A stretch of 64,000 bases of DNA from an uncultured Pelagibacteraceae bacterium. Lineage in GTDB: Bacteria; Pseudomonadota; Alphaproteobacteria; Pelagibacterales; Pelagibacteraceae. Made by a program: the position numbers and the translations under genes. Shown here piece after piece: positions 19,091 through 32,397 of this stretch. Location of the stretch: the NCBI GenBank assembly GCA_902578105.1, contig CACHBQ010000003.1:3492-67491 (forward strand), in the 5' to 3' direction. A model generated the notes under the pieces. The model ran no database searches, was not told the origin of the DNA, and worked only from the letters and a program-made list of their open reading frames with translations. Numbering within the stretch: the first letter of the stretch is position 1; the number at the start of each line of letters is the position of its first letter.

Positions 19091-20340
19091 TGCAAAAGCT
19101 ACTAACTGATATCGGAAAAAAATCAAAAAAAGCTACTAATAAAAGGTTAAGCACAAAAAAAAAGAACAAAGTTCTAAAAGATTATCGTCTTCTAATCTTA
19201 AAAAACAAAAAATTAATAATTAATGAAAATAAAAAAGATATTAAGAATGCCTACAAAAAAGGTATTAAAAATAATTTAATCCAAAGATTAATATTAAATG
19301 ACAAAAAAATAGTTGCGATAACCAATTCTATAAAAAAAATTATTAGTTTAAGGGATCCTACAAATGTCATTTTAGAAAAATGGAAAAGGCCAAATGGTTT
19401 AGTAATATCAAAAGTATCTATACCTATTGGTGTAATTGGCGTTATATACGAAAGTAGACCCAATGTTACAGCAGATGTTGCATCGTTATGTTTTAAGTCT
19501 GGGAATGCCGTCATTTTAAAAGGTGGATCTGAAGCTTATTATTCTAACCTTATTCTCACAAAATTCTTTAGAAAATCACTAAAGAGAAATCACGTTGATG
19601 AAAATTTTGTTCAGTTTTTAAAACTCAAAAAAAGAAGTGTTGTTGATTTTCTTCTACAAAAAATGAGTAAATTTATTGATGTAATAATTCCAAGAGGTGG
19701 GAAAGGTTTAGTTAAAAAAGTACAGGATTTGTCATCTGTTCCAACAATTGGTCATTTGGAAGGTGTTTGTCATTCTTATGTAGATAAAAATGCAAATCCT
19801 AAGATTGCAAATAAAGTAGTTCAAAATGCTAAAATGAGGAATACCGCAATATGCGGAGCAACCGAAACAATTCTTTTGCACGAAAAAATAATTAAGAAAT
19901 TTGGAAATGAAATTTTAAAAAATTTAGAAGAAAATGGATGTAAAATTATTGGTGATAATAAGATAAGAAAACTTTATGATAAAAAAATTCAGAAAGCTTC
20001 GATAAAAGATTGGTCAAAAGAATATTTATCACCTGTTGTATCTGTGAAATCAGTAAAAAATATAGATGAGGCTATAGCGCATATTAACAAATATGGAACC
20101 ATGCATACAGATTGTATTATTACTCAAAACAAGAAAGCAGCAAAAAAATTTTTAAATGAGGTAAAAAGTTCAATTGCTATGCATAATACTTCAACACAAT
20201 TTGCAGATGGAGGTGAATTTGGGTTTGGTGGCGAGGTGGGAATCTCAACCAACACACTTCCACCTAGGGGTCCTGTAGGGCTTAATCAACTTATTTCCTA
20301 TAAATATCAAGTCACCAGCAAAGGCCAAGTAAGGAAGTAA
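19090..20340 (+). CDS. proA: Gamma-glutamyl phosphate reductase
   Basis: IYESRPNV, IIPRGG, CGATE, FADGGEFGFGGEVGIST. Confidence 0.96.
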   Translation: MQKLLTDIGKKSKKATNKRLSTKKKNKVLKDYRLLILKNKKLIINENKKDIKNAYKKGIKNNLIQRLILNDKKIVAITNSIKKIISLRDPTNVILEKWKRPNGLVISKVSIPIGVIGVIYESRPNVTADVASLCFKSGNAVILKGGSEAYYSNLILTKFFRKSLKRNHVDENFVQFLKLKKRSVVDFLLQKMSKFIDVIIPRGGKGLVKKVQDLSSVPTIGHLEGVCHSYVDKNANPKIANKVVQNAKMRNTAICGATETILLHEKIIKKFGNEILKNLEENGCKIIGDNKIRKLYDKKIQKASIKDWSKEYLSPVVSVKSVKNIDEAIAHINKYGTMHTDCIITQNKKAAKKFLNEVKSSIAMHNTSTQFADGGEFGFGGEVGISTNTLPPRGPVGLNQLISYKYQVTSKGQVRK

Positions 20341-20341
20341 T

Positions 20342-20863
20342 TTGAATTTGAAAAAAAAAAGAATTGGAATTTTAGGTGGTTCATTTGATCCTGCTCACAA
20401 TGGTCATCTAGCTATATCTAAAGAAGCAGTAAAAAGATTTAAACTTGAAAAGATTATATGGGCCATAACAAAAAAAAATCCTTTTAAAAAAAAAAGTTCT
20501 TTAAGCCTACAATCTAGAATTAAAGGATGTAAAAAAATTATTAAAAAAAATAAATTTATTGAGGTCAAATTTTATGAAAATAAAATTAAATCAAATAAAA
20601 CAATAAATCTAATAAATTACTTCAACAAAAATAAAAAAAATGAAATTTTTTTCTTAATGGGTGCAGATAATTTAGTTAATTTCCATAAATGGTATAAATG
20701 GAAACAGATTTCAGAAAAATGTAATATCTTAGTTTTTGATAGATATGGATATAAGAAAAAATCATTAAATTCTAAGACATATAAAACCCTTAAAAATGAG
20801 AAATTTAAATTTGTTTATTTTAATAAAGTCAATATTTCGTCTTCTCAATTAAGGAAAATTTGA
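20342..20863 (+). CDS. nadD: Nicotinate-nucleotide adenylyltransferase
   Basis: GGSFDPAHNGH, MGADN, ISSSQLR; TTG start. Confidence 0.92.
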   Translation: MNLKKKRIGILGGSFDPAHNGHLAISKEAVKRFKLEKIIWAITKKNPFKKKSSLSLQSRIKGCKKIIKKNKFIEVKFYENKIKSNKTINLINYFNKNKKNEIFFLMGADNLVNFHKWYKWKQISEKCNILVFDRYGYKKKSLNSKTYKTLKNEKFKFVYFNKVNISSSQLRKI

Positions 20864-20880
20864 TAGTCTAAAATTAATTA

Positions 20881-21231
20881 ATGGATAAAATTTCAGATCT
20901 TAAAAATTCTATCATCAAAACATTGGATATTAACAAGGCTCAAGACATAATAAGCATAGATCTCAAAGACAAAAGTTCTATGGCTGATTTTATGATTATT
21001 GCGAGCGGCACTTCATCTAGGCACATACAATCTTTATCCGAGCAAGTTTTGGAAAAATTCAAGGATAATGGCATAAAAAATTCAAAAATTGAGGGCGCAG
21101 ATAGTAGTGAATGGAAATTAATTGATGGTATAGACTTAATTGTTCATATTTTTCACCCAGAAAAAAGAAAATTTTATGAACTTGAAAAAATATGGTCTGA
21201 GCTAATACCTAAAGAAAAATTAATTATCTAA
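20881..21231 (+). CDS. rsfS: Ribosome silencing factor RsfS
   Basis: KAQDI, IASGTSSRH, WKLID, VHIF, YELEKIW. Confidence 0.94.
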   Translation: MDKISDLKNSIIKTLDINKAQDIISIDLKDKSSMADFMIIASGTSSRHIQSLSEQVLEKFKDNGIKNSKIEGADSSEWKLIDGIDLIVHIFHPEKRKFYELEKIWSELIPKEKLII

Positions 21232-22358
21232 TGAAAAAAGTATTAACATTATTTTTATTTTATTTTCTATTTCAGCAAGTGAATTCTGCTGAAAATGATA
21301 TTTACAAAAAAATTGATTTATTTGGAGAAGTTCTAGAAAAAATCAATAAAGAATATGTAGATGAAATTAATCAATCTGAGAGTATGGACTCTGCAATCAA
21401 TGGCCTTCTACAATCTCTTGATCCTTACTCGGCATACATGTCTCCAGAAATATTTAATGAAATGCAGACTGAGACTAGTGGTGAATTTGGGGGTCTAGGT
21501 ATTGAGGTGAGTATGGAGTCCGGTGTTGTAAAAGTCATTTCTCCTATAGATGACACGCCAGCATCTAGAGCAGGGATTAAAGCAGGCGACTATATTGTTA
21601 AAATTAATGATGTTCAAGTTCAGGGCAAATCTCTCAGCGAAGCTGTTGATTTAATGAGGGGGCCAGTTGGATCAGGAATTGAACTCACAATTAGAAGACG
21701 TGGGGAGAGAAAAGCTCTAATATTTAACGTTGTAAGAGAGATTATACAAATTCAATCCGTTAAAGCTGACATTTTAGAAAAAAGTATAGGTTATTTAAGA
21801 CTAACCTCGTTTAATGAAAATAGTGGCAAACAAATAGAAAGAGAAATTAAAAAATTAGAAAAAAATAAAGATGTTAAGTCATACATTTTAGATTTAAGAA
21901 ACAATCCTGGCGGACTACTTTCTCAAGCAATAAAAATCTCTGACTTTTTTTTAGATAATGGAGAAATCGTATCCACAAAAAGTAGAAAACCTTCTGAAAA
22001 TAGAAAATGGTTTGCAAAAAAAGGTGACCTTACAAATGGAAAAGTCTTGATTGTTCTTATCAACTATGGATCGGCCTCGGCATCAGAAATAGTTGCGGGA
22101 GCCCTCAAAGATCACAAAAGAGCAATTTTATTAGGTGAAAATAGTTATGGTAAAGGGTCAGTACAATCTATCATCCCCCTTAAAAATGATGGAGCAATTA
22201 GGCTCACAGTAGCTAAATATTATCTTCCTTCTGGAAAATCTATTTCTGAAGTTGGTGTATCTCCAGACATAGAAATTGATGAGGAAAATGATGATTTTAG
22301 AATCAAAACTGAAACCGACAATCAGTTAGAATACGCCATTAAACTTCTCAAAAGCTAA
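21231..22358 (+). CDS. ctpA: S41 C-terminal processing peptidase (PDZ)
   Basis: Signal peptide, LDPYS, GLGI PDZ, LDLRNNPGG, SASASEI, GKGSVQ. Confidence 0.93.
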   Translation: MKKVLTLFLFYFLFQQVNSAENDIYKKIDLFGEVLEKINKEYVDEINQSESMDSAINGLLQSLDPYSAYMSPEIFNEMQTETSGEFGGLGIEVSMESGVVKVISPIDDTPASRAGIKAGDYIVKINDVQVQGKSLSEAVDLMRGPVGSGIELTIRRRGERKALIFNVVREIIQIQSVKADILEKSIGYLRLTSFNENSGKQIEREIKKLEKNKDVKSYILDLRNNPGGLLSQAIKISDFFLDNGEIVSTKSRKPSENRKWFAKKGDLTNGKVLIVLINYGSASASEIVAGALKDHKRAILLGENSYGKGSVQSIIPLKNDGAIRLTVAKYYLPSGKSISEVGVSPDIEIDEENDDFRIKTETDNQLEYAIKLLKS

Positions 22359-22359
22359 C

Positions 22360-22836
22360 ATGGAAGAAAAATTCAGAAATCTGCCACTTAGAAGTGGAGT
22401 GGGAATTGTTGTCCTTAACAAGGAGAACAAAGTTTTTGTAGCAAAACGAATAGATAATCCAAAAAATTTTTGGCAAATGCCGCAGGGTGGAGTAGATGAT
22501 GGAGAAGAATTTTTAGCTGCTGCATATAGAGAATTAGAAGAGGAAACAAGTATCAAGAATGTAGAACTTATAAAAGAAATAGAAGGCACACTTACCTATG
22601 AGCTACCTAAAAATTTATTGGGTATTATTTGGAAAGGTAAATATAAGGGACAAAAACAAAAATGGTTTTTGATGAGATACTTAGGTAAAGATGAAGATAT
22701 TAATATTAAAACAAATAAACCAGAATTTTTAGAATGGAAATGGATTGAATTAAATAAGATAACCGAAGTGGTAGTGGATTTCAAATATCATGTTTACAAA
22801 GAACTTAAAGAAAAAATAAAAACAATAATTAATTGA
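22360..22836 (+). CDS. rppH: RNA pyrophosphohydrolase (Nudix)
   Basis: WQMPQGG...RELEEET Nudix box, GQKQKWF. Confidence 0.93.
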   Translation: MEEKFRNLPLRSGVGIVVLNKENKVFVAKRIDNPKNFWQMPQGGVDDGEEFLAAAYRELEEETSIKNVELIKEIEGTLTYELPKNLLGIIWKGKYKGQKQKWFLMRYLGKDEDINIKTNKPEFLEWKWIELNKITEVVVDFKYHVYKELKEKIKTIIN

Positions 22837-23220
22837 TTGATTTTAAAGTTTCAACTTTTTGATCAGCCAAATATTTCAATTGATCACTAATTTCTGGTTT
22901 ATTAGATTCTTCCTCTGCATTTTTTAATAATTCCTGGAACTTATTTTTTTCAATATCTTTTAGATTTAAGATGTAGCTAGTTAAAATGGATAAAGTATTA
23001 TTTTTAAATTCGATAATTCCATCCTCAACATAATACTTTTCTTCACCAGATTTTGCTTGAATGGTGATAATACCCGGTTTTAAAAATGAAATTATAGAAA
23101 TATGATCTTTCAGTATTCCCATTTCTCCCTCAAATGCAGGAACAACTACCTCATTAACATCCTCTTTTGATAAGAAGGATTTCTCTGGATTAACTATTTC
23201 TATTTTAAATTCATCACTCA

Positions 23221-23221
<1 letters not shown>
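22829..23221 (-). CDS. atpC: ATP synthase epsilon subunit
   Basis: IVNPEK, GEMGILKDH; position after atpD. Confidence 0.92.
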
Positions 23222-25517
<2,296 letters not shown>

Positions 25518-25524
25518 AAATAAA

Positions 25525-27060
25525 TCAAGATTTAAAATTTTTCTTAAGATTAGTAATTACATCAATTAAGCTTTTTTCTGTTGCCTCTTCTAATTTACCT
25601 GAGCTCTGAATAGACTCGATTAATTCTGGTTTATCAGATTTACATCTTTCAATGATCTTGTTTTCAAATTCAGCAATATCTTTTAAATCAATATCATCTA
25701 AATATCCTTTTACTCCACAAAATACAGATATAACCTGTTCAGCAACAGTCATTGGTGAGTATTGTTTCTGTTTTAATAACTCAGTTAATTTTGATCCTCT
25801 ATTCAAAAGCTGTTGGGTTGAGGCATCTAAATCTGATCCAAATTGAGCAAAAGCTGCCATTTCTCTATATTGTGCTAATTCGAGTTTCATTGATCCTGAT
25901 ACTTTTTTCATAGCTTTTGTTTGTGCAGCTGATCCAACCCTGGAAACAGAGAGACCAACATTAATTGCTGGTCTTATACCTTGGTTAAATAACTCAGTTT
26001 CTAAAAAAATTTGTCCATCAGTAATTGAAATTACATTAGTTGGAATATAAGCAGAAACGTCTCCACCTTGAGTTTCAATGATCGGAAGAGCTGTTAACGA
26101 ACCTCCGCCGTGATCATCACTTAATTTAGCAGCCCTTTCCAGTAATCTACTATGAAGATAAAATACATCACCTGGGTATGCCTCTCTACCTGGTGGTCTT
26201 CTTAAGATCAGTGACATTTGTCTGTAAGCAACCGCTTGCTTAGATAAATCATCATAAATAATCAGGGCATGCATTCCATTATCTCTAAAATATTCTCCCA
26301 TTGCACATCCAGTGTAAGGAGCTAAAAATTGAAGTGGAGCTGAGTCAGATGCTGTTGCCGCGACTATAGTTGTATACTCCATCGCTCCAGCTTCTTCCAA
26401 AGTTTTTTGAATTTGTCTTACAGTTGATCTTTTTTGACCAACAGCAACATAAATACAATAAAGTTTTTGTTTTTCTTCGCCCGACTCATTAATTTTTTTT
26501 TGATTGATAATTGTATCAACTGCTACAGCAGTTTTACCTGTCTGACGATCTCCAATAATTAACTCACGTTGACCTCTTCCAATTGGTACAAGACTATCAA
26601 TTGATTTTAGACCTGTTTGCATTGGTTCGCTAACAGATTGTCTTGGAATTATTCCTGGTGCCTTAACTTCAACTCTACTTTTTTTAATGCCTTTGTCCAA
26701 AGCACCTTTCCCGTCGATTGGATTTCCTAATCCATCTACCACTCTACCTAACAACTCTTTTCCGACAGGGGTATCTACAATGCTTCCAGTTCTTTTTACA
26801 ACATCACCTTCTTTGATATTCCGGTCGTCACCAAAAATTACAACTCCAACATTTTCACTTTCTAAATTTAAAGCCATTCCTTTCGATCCATCAGAAAATT
26901 CAACCATTTCTCCTGCTTGAACATTATCAAGGCCATAAATTCTTGCTATACCATCACCTACAGACAATACCTGTCCAACCTCAGAAATTTCTGCTTTTTC
27001 TCCAAAATTTTTAATTTGTTCTTTTAATATTTTTGTAACTTCTGAAGGATTTATTTCCAT
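25525..27060 (-). CDS. atpA: ATP synthase alpha subunit
   Basis: [23 protein letters not shown]. Confidence 0.99.
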   Translation of the reverse strand: MEINPSEVTKILKEQIKNFGEKAEISEVGQVLSVGDGIARIYGLDNVQAGEMVEFSDGSKGMALNLESENVGVVIFGDDRNIKEGDVVKRTGSIVDTPVGKELLGRVVDGLGNPIDGKGALDKGIKKSRVEVKAPGIIPRQSVSEPMQTGLKSIDSLVPIGRGQRELIIGDRQTGKTAVAVDTIINQKKINESGEEKQKLYCIYVAVGQKRSTVRQIQKTLEEAGAMEYTTIVAATASDSAPLQFLAPYTGCAMGEYFRDNGMHALIIYDDLSKQAVAYRQMSLILRRPPGREAYPGDVFYLHSRLLERAAKLSDDHGGGSLTALPIIETQGGDVSAYIPTNVISITDGQIFLETELFNQGIRPAINVGLSVSRVGSAAQTKAMKKVSGSMKLELAQYREMAAFAQFGSDLDASTQQLLNRGSKLTELLKQKQYSPMTVAEQVISVFCGVKGYLDDIDLKDIAEFENKIIERCKSDKPELIESIQSSGKLEEATEKSLIDVITNLKKNFKS

Positions 27061-27618
27061 TTATGCCTCTATCATTCTATTTTCAATTTGTTGTAATTTA
27101 CTTTTTATTGATGTATCAATCATAGTACTTCCCACTTGAACGACCAAACCCCCAATTAAACTTTCGTCTTGTATATAGTTTAATTTTATTTGAGATTTGA
27201 AGTTATTTGATAATTCATCTGTAATTTTTTTAATCTCGTCTTGATTAAGTAATTTTGCAGATTTTATTTCTGCTTTTAATTCACCTCTTTTTTCTGAACA
27301 TATTTCAATAAATCTTTTTAAAATTTGCTTTAGATAAAAAAATCTTCTTTTTAAGACCAAAAAATTTACAAAATTTTTAAAAAGGATTTCCAACTTAAAA
27401 TTATCTGAAATCTTATTGATTACACTAGTCAAAACTTCTCTGTTTAATGTAGGATCTTTTATAAAATTTTTAAAATCTTTATTATTTGAAATTAAATTTA
27501 AAAAAGCTTTTGCATTTATTTCTACATTAACCAATGAGTTAGAATCTTTCGCTAACTCATACAAAGCTAAAGAATATCTATTAGCTGAAGTATCTGAAAA
27601 TCCTTTATTTTTACTCAA
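27061..27618 (-). CDS. atpH: ATP synthase delta subunit
   Basis: ANRYSLALY, DESLIGG, IDTSI; TTG start. Confidence 0.94.
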   Translation of the reverse strand: MSKNKGFSDTSANRYSLALYELAKDSNSLVNVEINAKAFLNLISNNKDFKNFIKDPTLNREVLTSVINKISDNFKLEILFKNFVNFLVLKRRFFYLKQILKRFIEICSEKRGELKAEIKSAKLLNQDEIKKITDELSNNFKSQIKLNYIQDESLIGGLVVQVGSTMIDTSIKSKLQQIENRMIEA

Positions 27619-27661
27619 TTTTTACCCTTTAAATGAATATGATTAATTTAAAATCACGATT

Positions 27662-27690
27662 TAATTAGCACATGCCTTTATAGTCTTCAA
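27662..27690 (-). promoter_or_regulatory. Putative promoter of atpHAGDC
   Basis: Minus strand TTGAAG-17 bp-TAATTA in the priA-atpH gap; weak match in AT-rich DNA. Confidence 0.35.
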
Positions 27691-27725
27691 GTAACACATT
27701 AGCTAAAAATTAGTTTTTTTGAGCG

Positions 27726-29681
27726 TTAATTAAAGCTAATTGGATCAACATCAACTGAAAGTTTTATTCCTGAGGCAAATTTATATTTTGGAATTATTGA
27801 TGCTAAACTATTTTGTAATTTAAGAGTTTTAGCACCTCTTATAAGTAATCGCACACGATATTTGCTCTTTAATTTAAAGATAGGAGCGCTTACTGGACCT
27901 AAAATTTTTCCATTAATATTATTAGAAATGAATAGTTTGAATTTTAAAGCTTCTCTTTCTAATTCATTTTCCTTATTACCTGTCAAAATCAAAGAGATAA
28001 ATCTTTGAAATGGAGGTAAATTATTTTTTTTTCTAATTTCTATTTCTTTATCAAGAAAAATTTCTGGATTTTTATTTGTAATATCATCAATCAATTTTGT
28101 ATTAAAATTATAAGTTTGAAAATAAATAGTAGACGGACTTCCTGTTCTTCCAGCTCTACCTGATAACTGATGATATAATTGTAAATTTTTCTCTGCACTC
28201 CTTAAGTCGTGACCCATTAGTGATAAATCGATATCAACTACAACAATGCAATTCAAGTTTGGAAAATGAAAACCTTTGGAAATTAGTTGTGTTCCAACCA
28301 AAATTTCAATTTCATTGTTGATTATTTTTTCTAATTTTTCTTTTGAGCTTTTTTTATTCATTGTGTCACTAGAAAAAATTTCTATTTTTTTTGATGGAAA
28401 ACTTTTTTTTACTTCTTCTGAGATCCTTTCAACACCGGGTCCACAAAATATAAATTCACAAAATCCTTCTTTAGAACATTCTCTTTTCAAAAAACTTTTA
28501 AATCCACAATAATGACACAATAAATTATTTTTATTTTTGTGATAAACTAAATTTATTGAGCAATTTGGACATGAAAAATTATTGAAACATTTTTTGCACA
28601 AAACACTTGGGGAAAATCCTCTTCTATTTAAAAAAAATAAAACTTGATCATTCTTTTTAAGGTGAAAATTTACTTTTTGAATTATCTCTTTAGAAAGCCA
28701 AGATTGTTTATCCATTTTAACATTATTCAAATTAATTATTTCATATTTAGGTAAAGAAGCATTTTGATATCTTCGAACAAGTTTTGAACAGGTGTATTTT
28801 TTTTTCTTTATATTTTCGTATGTTTCTATTGATGGAACAGAAGTGATTAAATTTATTGGAATATTTTCAAAAGATGCCCTAGAGACAGCCATATCTCGAG
28901 CATTAAATATTATCCCTTCATCTTGTTTGTAAGATTGATCATGCTCTTCATCAACTATTATTAACCCTAAATTTTTAAATGGTAAAAATAAAGATGATCT
29001 GGCCCCAATAACAACGCTTATTTCACCATTCGTAATTCCACTCCAAATAATTTCTTTGTTTTTTTTTGTTATACCAGAGTGCCAAATTGCTGCTTTGAAA
29101 CCAAAAAATTCAAAAAATTTTTTTTCAAATTGATTGGTTAACCCAATCTCTGGCAACATTATTAATCCTTGATAACCTTTTTGCAGGATATGCTTTAAAG
29201 TTTCAAAATATACAATAGTTTTACCTGAACCAGTCGTTCCTTGTAAAACATGAACATTAAACTTTTTATTCATATTATTCATCTCCTTAAGCGACTCTTT
29301 TTGTTCTACATTCAATTCAAATGAATTTTTTTTTAACTTAAAAGAAAAATCTTTATAAAATTTATTATCAAGTTTTTTTACTGGTCTTCCACTCAATAAA
29401 GTTAATTTGAGCGCCATTCCTTTTGGAACAATATTATATTCTGAAAACCAGTTTAAAAAATTTATTGTTTTTTTTTTTAATTTTGGAATTTCTAACTTTC
29501 TGATAATCTTTTTTATCTTAAAAGATTTATTCTCATTTTTTTCAAAATTATCCCACACAACCCCAATAATTTTTGTCTTTCCAAAAGGAACCTCAACAAA
29601 GTCGCCGACGTTTAATTTTTGATCGCTTTTATAGGTAAAAGGATAGTTAAATATATTAGGTAAAAGAATCGGAAAATTCAT
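27726..29681 (-). CDS. priA: Primosomal protein N' (replication restart helicase)
   Basis: GTTGSGKT, DEEHD, LNRRG, Cys-rich region, GRAGR. Confidence 0.95.
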   Translation of the reverse strand: MNFPILLPNIFNYPFTYKSDQKLNVGDFVEVPFGKTKIIGVVWDNFEKNENKSFKIKKIIRKLEIPKLKKKTINFLNWFSEYNIVPKGMALKLTLLSGRPVKKLDNKFYKDFSFKLKKNSFELNVEQKESLKEMNNMNKKFNVHVLQGTTGSGKTIVYFETLKHILQKGYQGLIMLPEIGLTNQFEKKFFEFFGFKAAIWHSGITKKNKEIIWSGITNGEISVVIGARSSLFLPFKNLGLIIVDEEHDQSYKQDEGIIFNARDMAVSRASFENIPINLITSVPSIETYENIKKKKYTCSKLVRRYQNASLPKYEIINLNNVKMDKQSWLSKEIIQKVNFHLKKNDQVLFFLNRRGFSPSVLCKKCFNNFSCPNCSINLVYHKNKNNLLCHYCGFKSFLKRECSKEGFCEFIFCGPGVERISEEVKKSFPSKKIEIFSSDTMNKKSSKEKLEKIINNEIEILVGTQLISKGFHFPNLNCIVVVDIDLSLMGHDLRSAEKNLQLYHQLSGRAGRTGSPSTIYFQTYNFNTKLIDDITNKNPEIFLDKEIEIRKKNNLPPFQRFISLILTGNKENELEREALKFKLFISNNINGKILGPVSAPIFKLKSKYRVRLLIRGAKTLKLQNSLASIIPKYKFASGIKLSVDVDPISFN

Positions 29682-29703
29682 ATTTAGATAATATGAAAAA
29701 TTA

Positions 29704-31104
29704 TTAAGAGTGTATTGCTCTTTTATCTACAGATAAAGCCGCCTCTTTCACTGCTTCTGAAAAAGTAGGATGGGCATGACAAGTTCTTGCGATATCCTCG
29801 GAGCTAGCACCAAATTCCATAGCAATACCAATTTCTCCAATTAATTCACCAGCATGAGGTCCAATTAAGTGTGCGCCTAATACTTTATCAGTTTTTTCAT
29901 CAGCAAGAATTTTTACAAAACCCTCTGTATCATCAATGGCTTTTGCTCTTGAGTTTGCCATAAATGAAAATTTTCCAATTTTATAGTTAATTTTAAGATC
30001 TTTTAATTGTTCCTCTGTTTTTCCAATAGATGCAACTTCAGGACTTGTATAAATCACACCAGGAATAGTATCATAGTTAACATGACCTGATTGACCTGCT
30101 ATATTTTCTGCAACTGCAATTCCCTCATCCTCAGCTTTATGGGCTAACATAGGACCACTTATTACATCTCCTATCGCATAAATATTATTTTGGTTAGTTT
30201 TAAAATTTTTGTCTGTTTTTACTCTCTTTTTTTCATCTAATTCCACACCAATTTTTTGAAGATTTAGTCCCTCTGTATTTGGTTTTCGACCAACAGATAT
30301 TAATACTACATCACATTCAAAATCCTTTTTGGTACCATTTTCGTTTAAAGTTGAAACAATTGCATTATTGTTATTCTTTTTAATTTTCTCTACTTTATGC
30401 TGCATATGAAAATTGATACCTTGTTTTTTTAAAATTTTCATAAACTCACTTGAAATCTCTTTATCCATACCTGGTGTGATATGATCTAGAAATTCGACTA
30501 CATGGACTTCTGAACCAAGTCTAGACCATACAGATCCCATTTCTAAACCTATGTATCCTCCGCCAACTACGACCATTTTTTTGGGGACTTGTTCTAACTT
30601 AAGTGCTCCAGTGGATGAAACAATTACTTTTTCATCAATTTCAATTCCTGGTAATGATACTGGAACTGAACCAGTGGCAATTATAGTATTTTCAGTTTGT
30701 ATAATTGTCTCTTTATTATTGTTATCTTTGATTACAATATCATTTTTAGATTTAAAACTTCCAGTGCCTTTAAAATAGGTGACTTTATTTTTTTTAAGAA
30801 GAAACTCCACCCCTTTAGTCAAAATCGTAACAGCTTTATCCTTATTCTTCATCATTTTTGACAAGTTTAATTTAACCTCACCAATTTCAATTCCTTTATT
30901 TGATAGACTTTGTGCGTTATGAAACTCCTCAGATAAATTTAATAAACTTTTAGAAGGAATACATCCAACATTCAAACAAGTACCACCTAGTGAACCTCTA
31001 GATTCTATACATGCAGTTTTAAGGCCTAATTGTGCCAATCTTATTGCACAAACATAACCACCGGGTCCTCCACCAATTACTACTGCTTGAAATTTATCTG
31101 TCAT
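29704..31104 (-). CDS. lpdA: Dihydrolipoamide dehydrogenase (E3)
   Basis: GGGPGGY, CLNVGCIPSK, HAHPT. Confidence 0.97.
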   Translation of the reverse strand: MTDKFQAVVIGGGPGGYVCAIRLAQLGLKTACIESRGSLGGTCLNVGCIPSKSLLNLSEEFHNAQSLSNKGIEIGEVKLNLSKMMKNKDKAVTILTKGVEFLLKKNKVTYFKGTGSFKSKNDIVIKDNNNKETIIQTENTIIATGSVPVSLPGIEIDEKVIVSSTGALKLEQVPKKMVVVGGGYIGLEMGSVWSRLGSEVHVVEFLDHITPGMDKEISSEFMKILKKQGINFHMQHKVEKIKKNNNNAIVSTLNENGTKKDFECDVVLISVGRKPNTEGLNLQKIGVELDEKKRVKTDKNFKTNQNNIYAIGDVISGPMLAHKAEDEGIAVAENIAGQSGHVNYDTIPGVIYTSPEVASIGKTEEQLKDLKINYKIGKFSFMANSRAKAIDDTEGFVKILADEKTDKVLGAHLIGPHAGELIGEIGIAMEFGASSEDIARTCHAHPTFSEAVKEAALSVDKRAIHS

Positions 31105-32391
31105 TTAAATATCCAAAAATAGCCTTCTTGGTTCCTCTAAATTTTCCTTTATCATTTTTAAAAAGGAAACAGACTCTTTACCATCAACAATTCTATGATC
31201 ATATGATAATGCCAAGTACATTATGGGTCTGATCTTAATTTCTCCATCAACTACGATAGGTCTATCAACTATATTGTGCATACCTAGGACACCTGATTGT
31301 GGAAGATTAAGAATAGGAGTTGAAAGCATTGAACCATAAACACCACCATTACTGATAGTGAAAGTTCCCCCTTGAAGATCTTCAATAGTAAGTTTTCCAT
31401 TTTTTGCTTTTTCAGAGATATCTTTGATATTTTTCTCAATATCAGCAAAAGATAATTCATCTGCATTTTTTAGAACTGGAACTACCAATCCTTTTTCAGT
31501 GCCAACTGCAAAACTTATATTATAATAATTTTTATAAACAATTGTATCACCTTCAATTTCAGCGTTTATCGCTGGGAAATTTTTTAATGCTACTATACTT
31601 GCCTTAACGAAAAAAGACATGAATCCCAATTTTACACCATAGCGATTTTGAAAATCATCTTGATTTTCTTTTCTCATTGCCATCACATTTGACATATCAA
31701 CTTCATTAAATGTTGTCAGTAAGGCTGCATTATCCTGTGCTTGTTTTAATCTCTTAGCAATAGTTTGTCTTAATCTGGTCATTTTAATTCTCTCTTCTTG
31801 ACCATATTTTATTTTTCTTTCAGATGGAGGAGGATTAACACCCATTAAATTTATTAGATCGCCTTTTAAAACTCTGCCATCTTTTCCTGAACCTTTGACA
31901 GAGCTGATATCTATTTTATTTTCAGCTACAATTTTTCTTACTGCTGGAGATAAAGTTTCATCAATTTTTATTTCAGCTTCTACTTTTAAAGGTTCCACCT
32001 CTTTAGTAAGAACTAATGGTTTCTCCTCTTCAACATTACCTTGAAAAACTTCCATCTCCTCATCTTTATCATCTTCATCTATCAAATTTTCCTTATCAAC
32101 TTTCACAGTGGGTTGTATCTTTTTAATTTCCTGATTTTCTTTAGATTTAGTCTCACTCTCGGAAACAGATCCTAAATCAGCACCAACTTCAACGACCGAT
32201 CCATTTTTTGAATTTATTTTTGTAAGAACACCAGATACTGGAGAAGGAACCTCTAAATTTACTTTGTCTGTTTCTAGTTCAACAAGTGGTTCATCAGCTT
32301 CAACAGAGTCACCCTCATTTTTTAACCACTTAGAGACAGTGGCCTCTGTGATACTTTCCCCAAGAACTGGAACTAATATCTTTTCACTCAT
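31105..32391 (-). CDS. sucB: 2-oxoglutarate dehydrogenase E2
   Basis: Lipoyl ETDKV, E3-binding [16 protein letters not shown]. Confidence 0.97.
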   Translation of the reverse strand: MSEKILVPVLGESITEATVSKWLKNEGDSVEADEPLVELETDKVNLEVPSPVSGVLTKINSKNGSVVEVGADLGSVSESETKSKENQEIKKIQPTVKVDKENLIDEDDKDEEMEVFQGNVEEEKPLVLTKEVEPLKVEAEIKIDETLSPAVRKIVAENKIDISSVKGSGKDGRVLKGDLINLMGVNPPPSERKIKYGQEERIKMTRLRQTIAKRLKQAQDNAALLTTFNEVDMSNVMAMRKENQDDFQNRYGVKLGFMSFFVKASIVALKNFPAINAEIEGDTIVYKNYYNISFAVGTEKGLVVPVLKNADELSFADIEKNIKDISEKAKNGKLTIEDLQGGTFTISNGGVYGSMLSTPILNLPQSGVLGMHNIVDRPIVVDGEIKIRPIMYLALSYDHRIVDGKESVSFLKMIKENLEEPRRLFLDI

Positions 32392-32397
32392 TAATAT

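Noticed and set aside
10897-20863. Very Lys-rich proteins (NlpC/P60, TyrA, HisC, ProB, ProA, NadD)
   Set aside because: Explained by AT bias at weakly constrained sites; catalytic motifs intact and no frameshifts seen
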